Positions 63,625 through 64,000 of a stretch of DNA of 64,000 nucleotides are shown in pieces. Position numbers and translations under genes: made by a program. Under the pieces are notes generated by a model, which saw only the letters and a program-made list of their open reading frames with translations, made no database searches and was not told the DNA's origin. Source of the DNA: Felis catus (taxonomy: Eukaryota); contig NC_058368.1 in NCBI RefSeq assembly GCF_018350175.1, positions 203,920,001 through 203,984,000 on the forward strand, written 5' to 3'. The number at the start of each line of letters is the position of its first letter. Position 1 is the stretch's first letter.

Positions 63625-64000
63625 GGAATACTACTTGGTGATGACAAAGAATGAAATCTTGCCATTTGCGACAACATGGATGGAACTAGAGGGACTATGC
63701 TAAGCGAAATAAGTCAGTCAGAGAAAGATATCATATGTTTTCACTCATATGTGGAATTTGAGAAACACAATAGATGAACATAGGGGAAGGGAAGGAAAAA
63801 TAAGATAAAAACCGAGAGGGAGGGAACACATAAGAGACTCTTAAATACAGAGAACAAACTGAGGGTTGCTGGAGGGGAGGTGGGTAGAGGGATGGGCTAG
63901 AGGGGTGATAGGCATTGAGCAGGGCACTTGTTAGGATGAGCACTGGGTGTCATATGTAACAGATGAACCACTGGGTTCTATTCCTGAAGCCAAGACTACA
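63296..64000 (+). mobile_element. Carnivore/felid L1, 5'-truncated (ORF2 C-terminus and 3' UTR), running off the window end
   Basis: IALLLIYPKDTKMLIQRGTCTPMFIAALSTIAKLWKEPKCPSTDE; (CA)n at 63580-63621. Confidence 0.95.

Noticed and set aside
1..64000. tRNA genes, CRISPR arrays or prokaryotic systems
   Set aside because: The tRNA-like A/B boxes are Can-SINE heads; there is no repeat-spacer array or operon structure in this mammalian DNA

Overview
Repeat-rich mammalian genomic DNA from a feliform carnivore, most likely a felid: there are about 20 tRNA-derived Can-SINEs, including young SINEC_Fc-type copies. No complete gene and no recognisable protein-coding exon of a named gene is visible. 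The ORF track is almost entirely noise or transposon remnants. The window contains an internally deleted L1 (3.1-7.5 kb), a 5'-inverted L1 (10.5-12.2 kb) and a nested L2 > MER21C/ERVL provirus > ERV1 complex (22-34 kb). It also has a second, CpG-retaining copy of the same ERV1 5' region (52.9-54.0 kb), MaLR LTRs, hAT MITEs, MIR/L2 fragments and several microsatellites. The best leads are (1) the CpG-rich ERV1/SINE segment near 53 kb as a candidate TE-derived promoter, (2) a chain of phase-compatible minus-strand candidate exons (13.1, 12.8, 9.7 and possibly 2.1 kb) with no product I recognise, and (3) a near-identical head-to-head SINE palindrome whose arms share unusual variants, plus a collapsed inverted SINE pair elsewhere. 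I did not find convincing evidence of a new biological system. Repeat family names come from recalled consensus sequences and boundaries are approximate.
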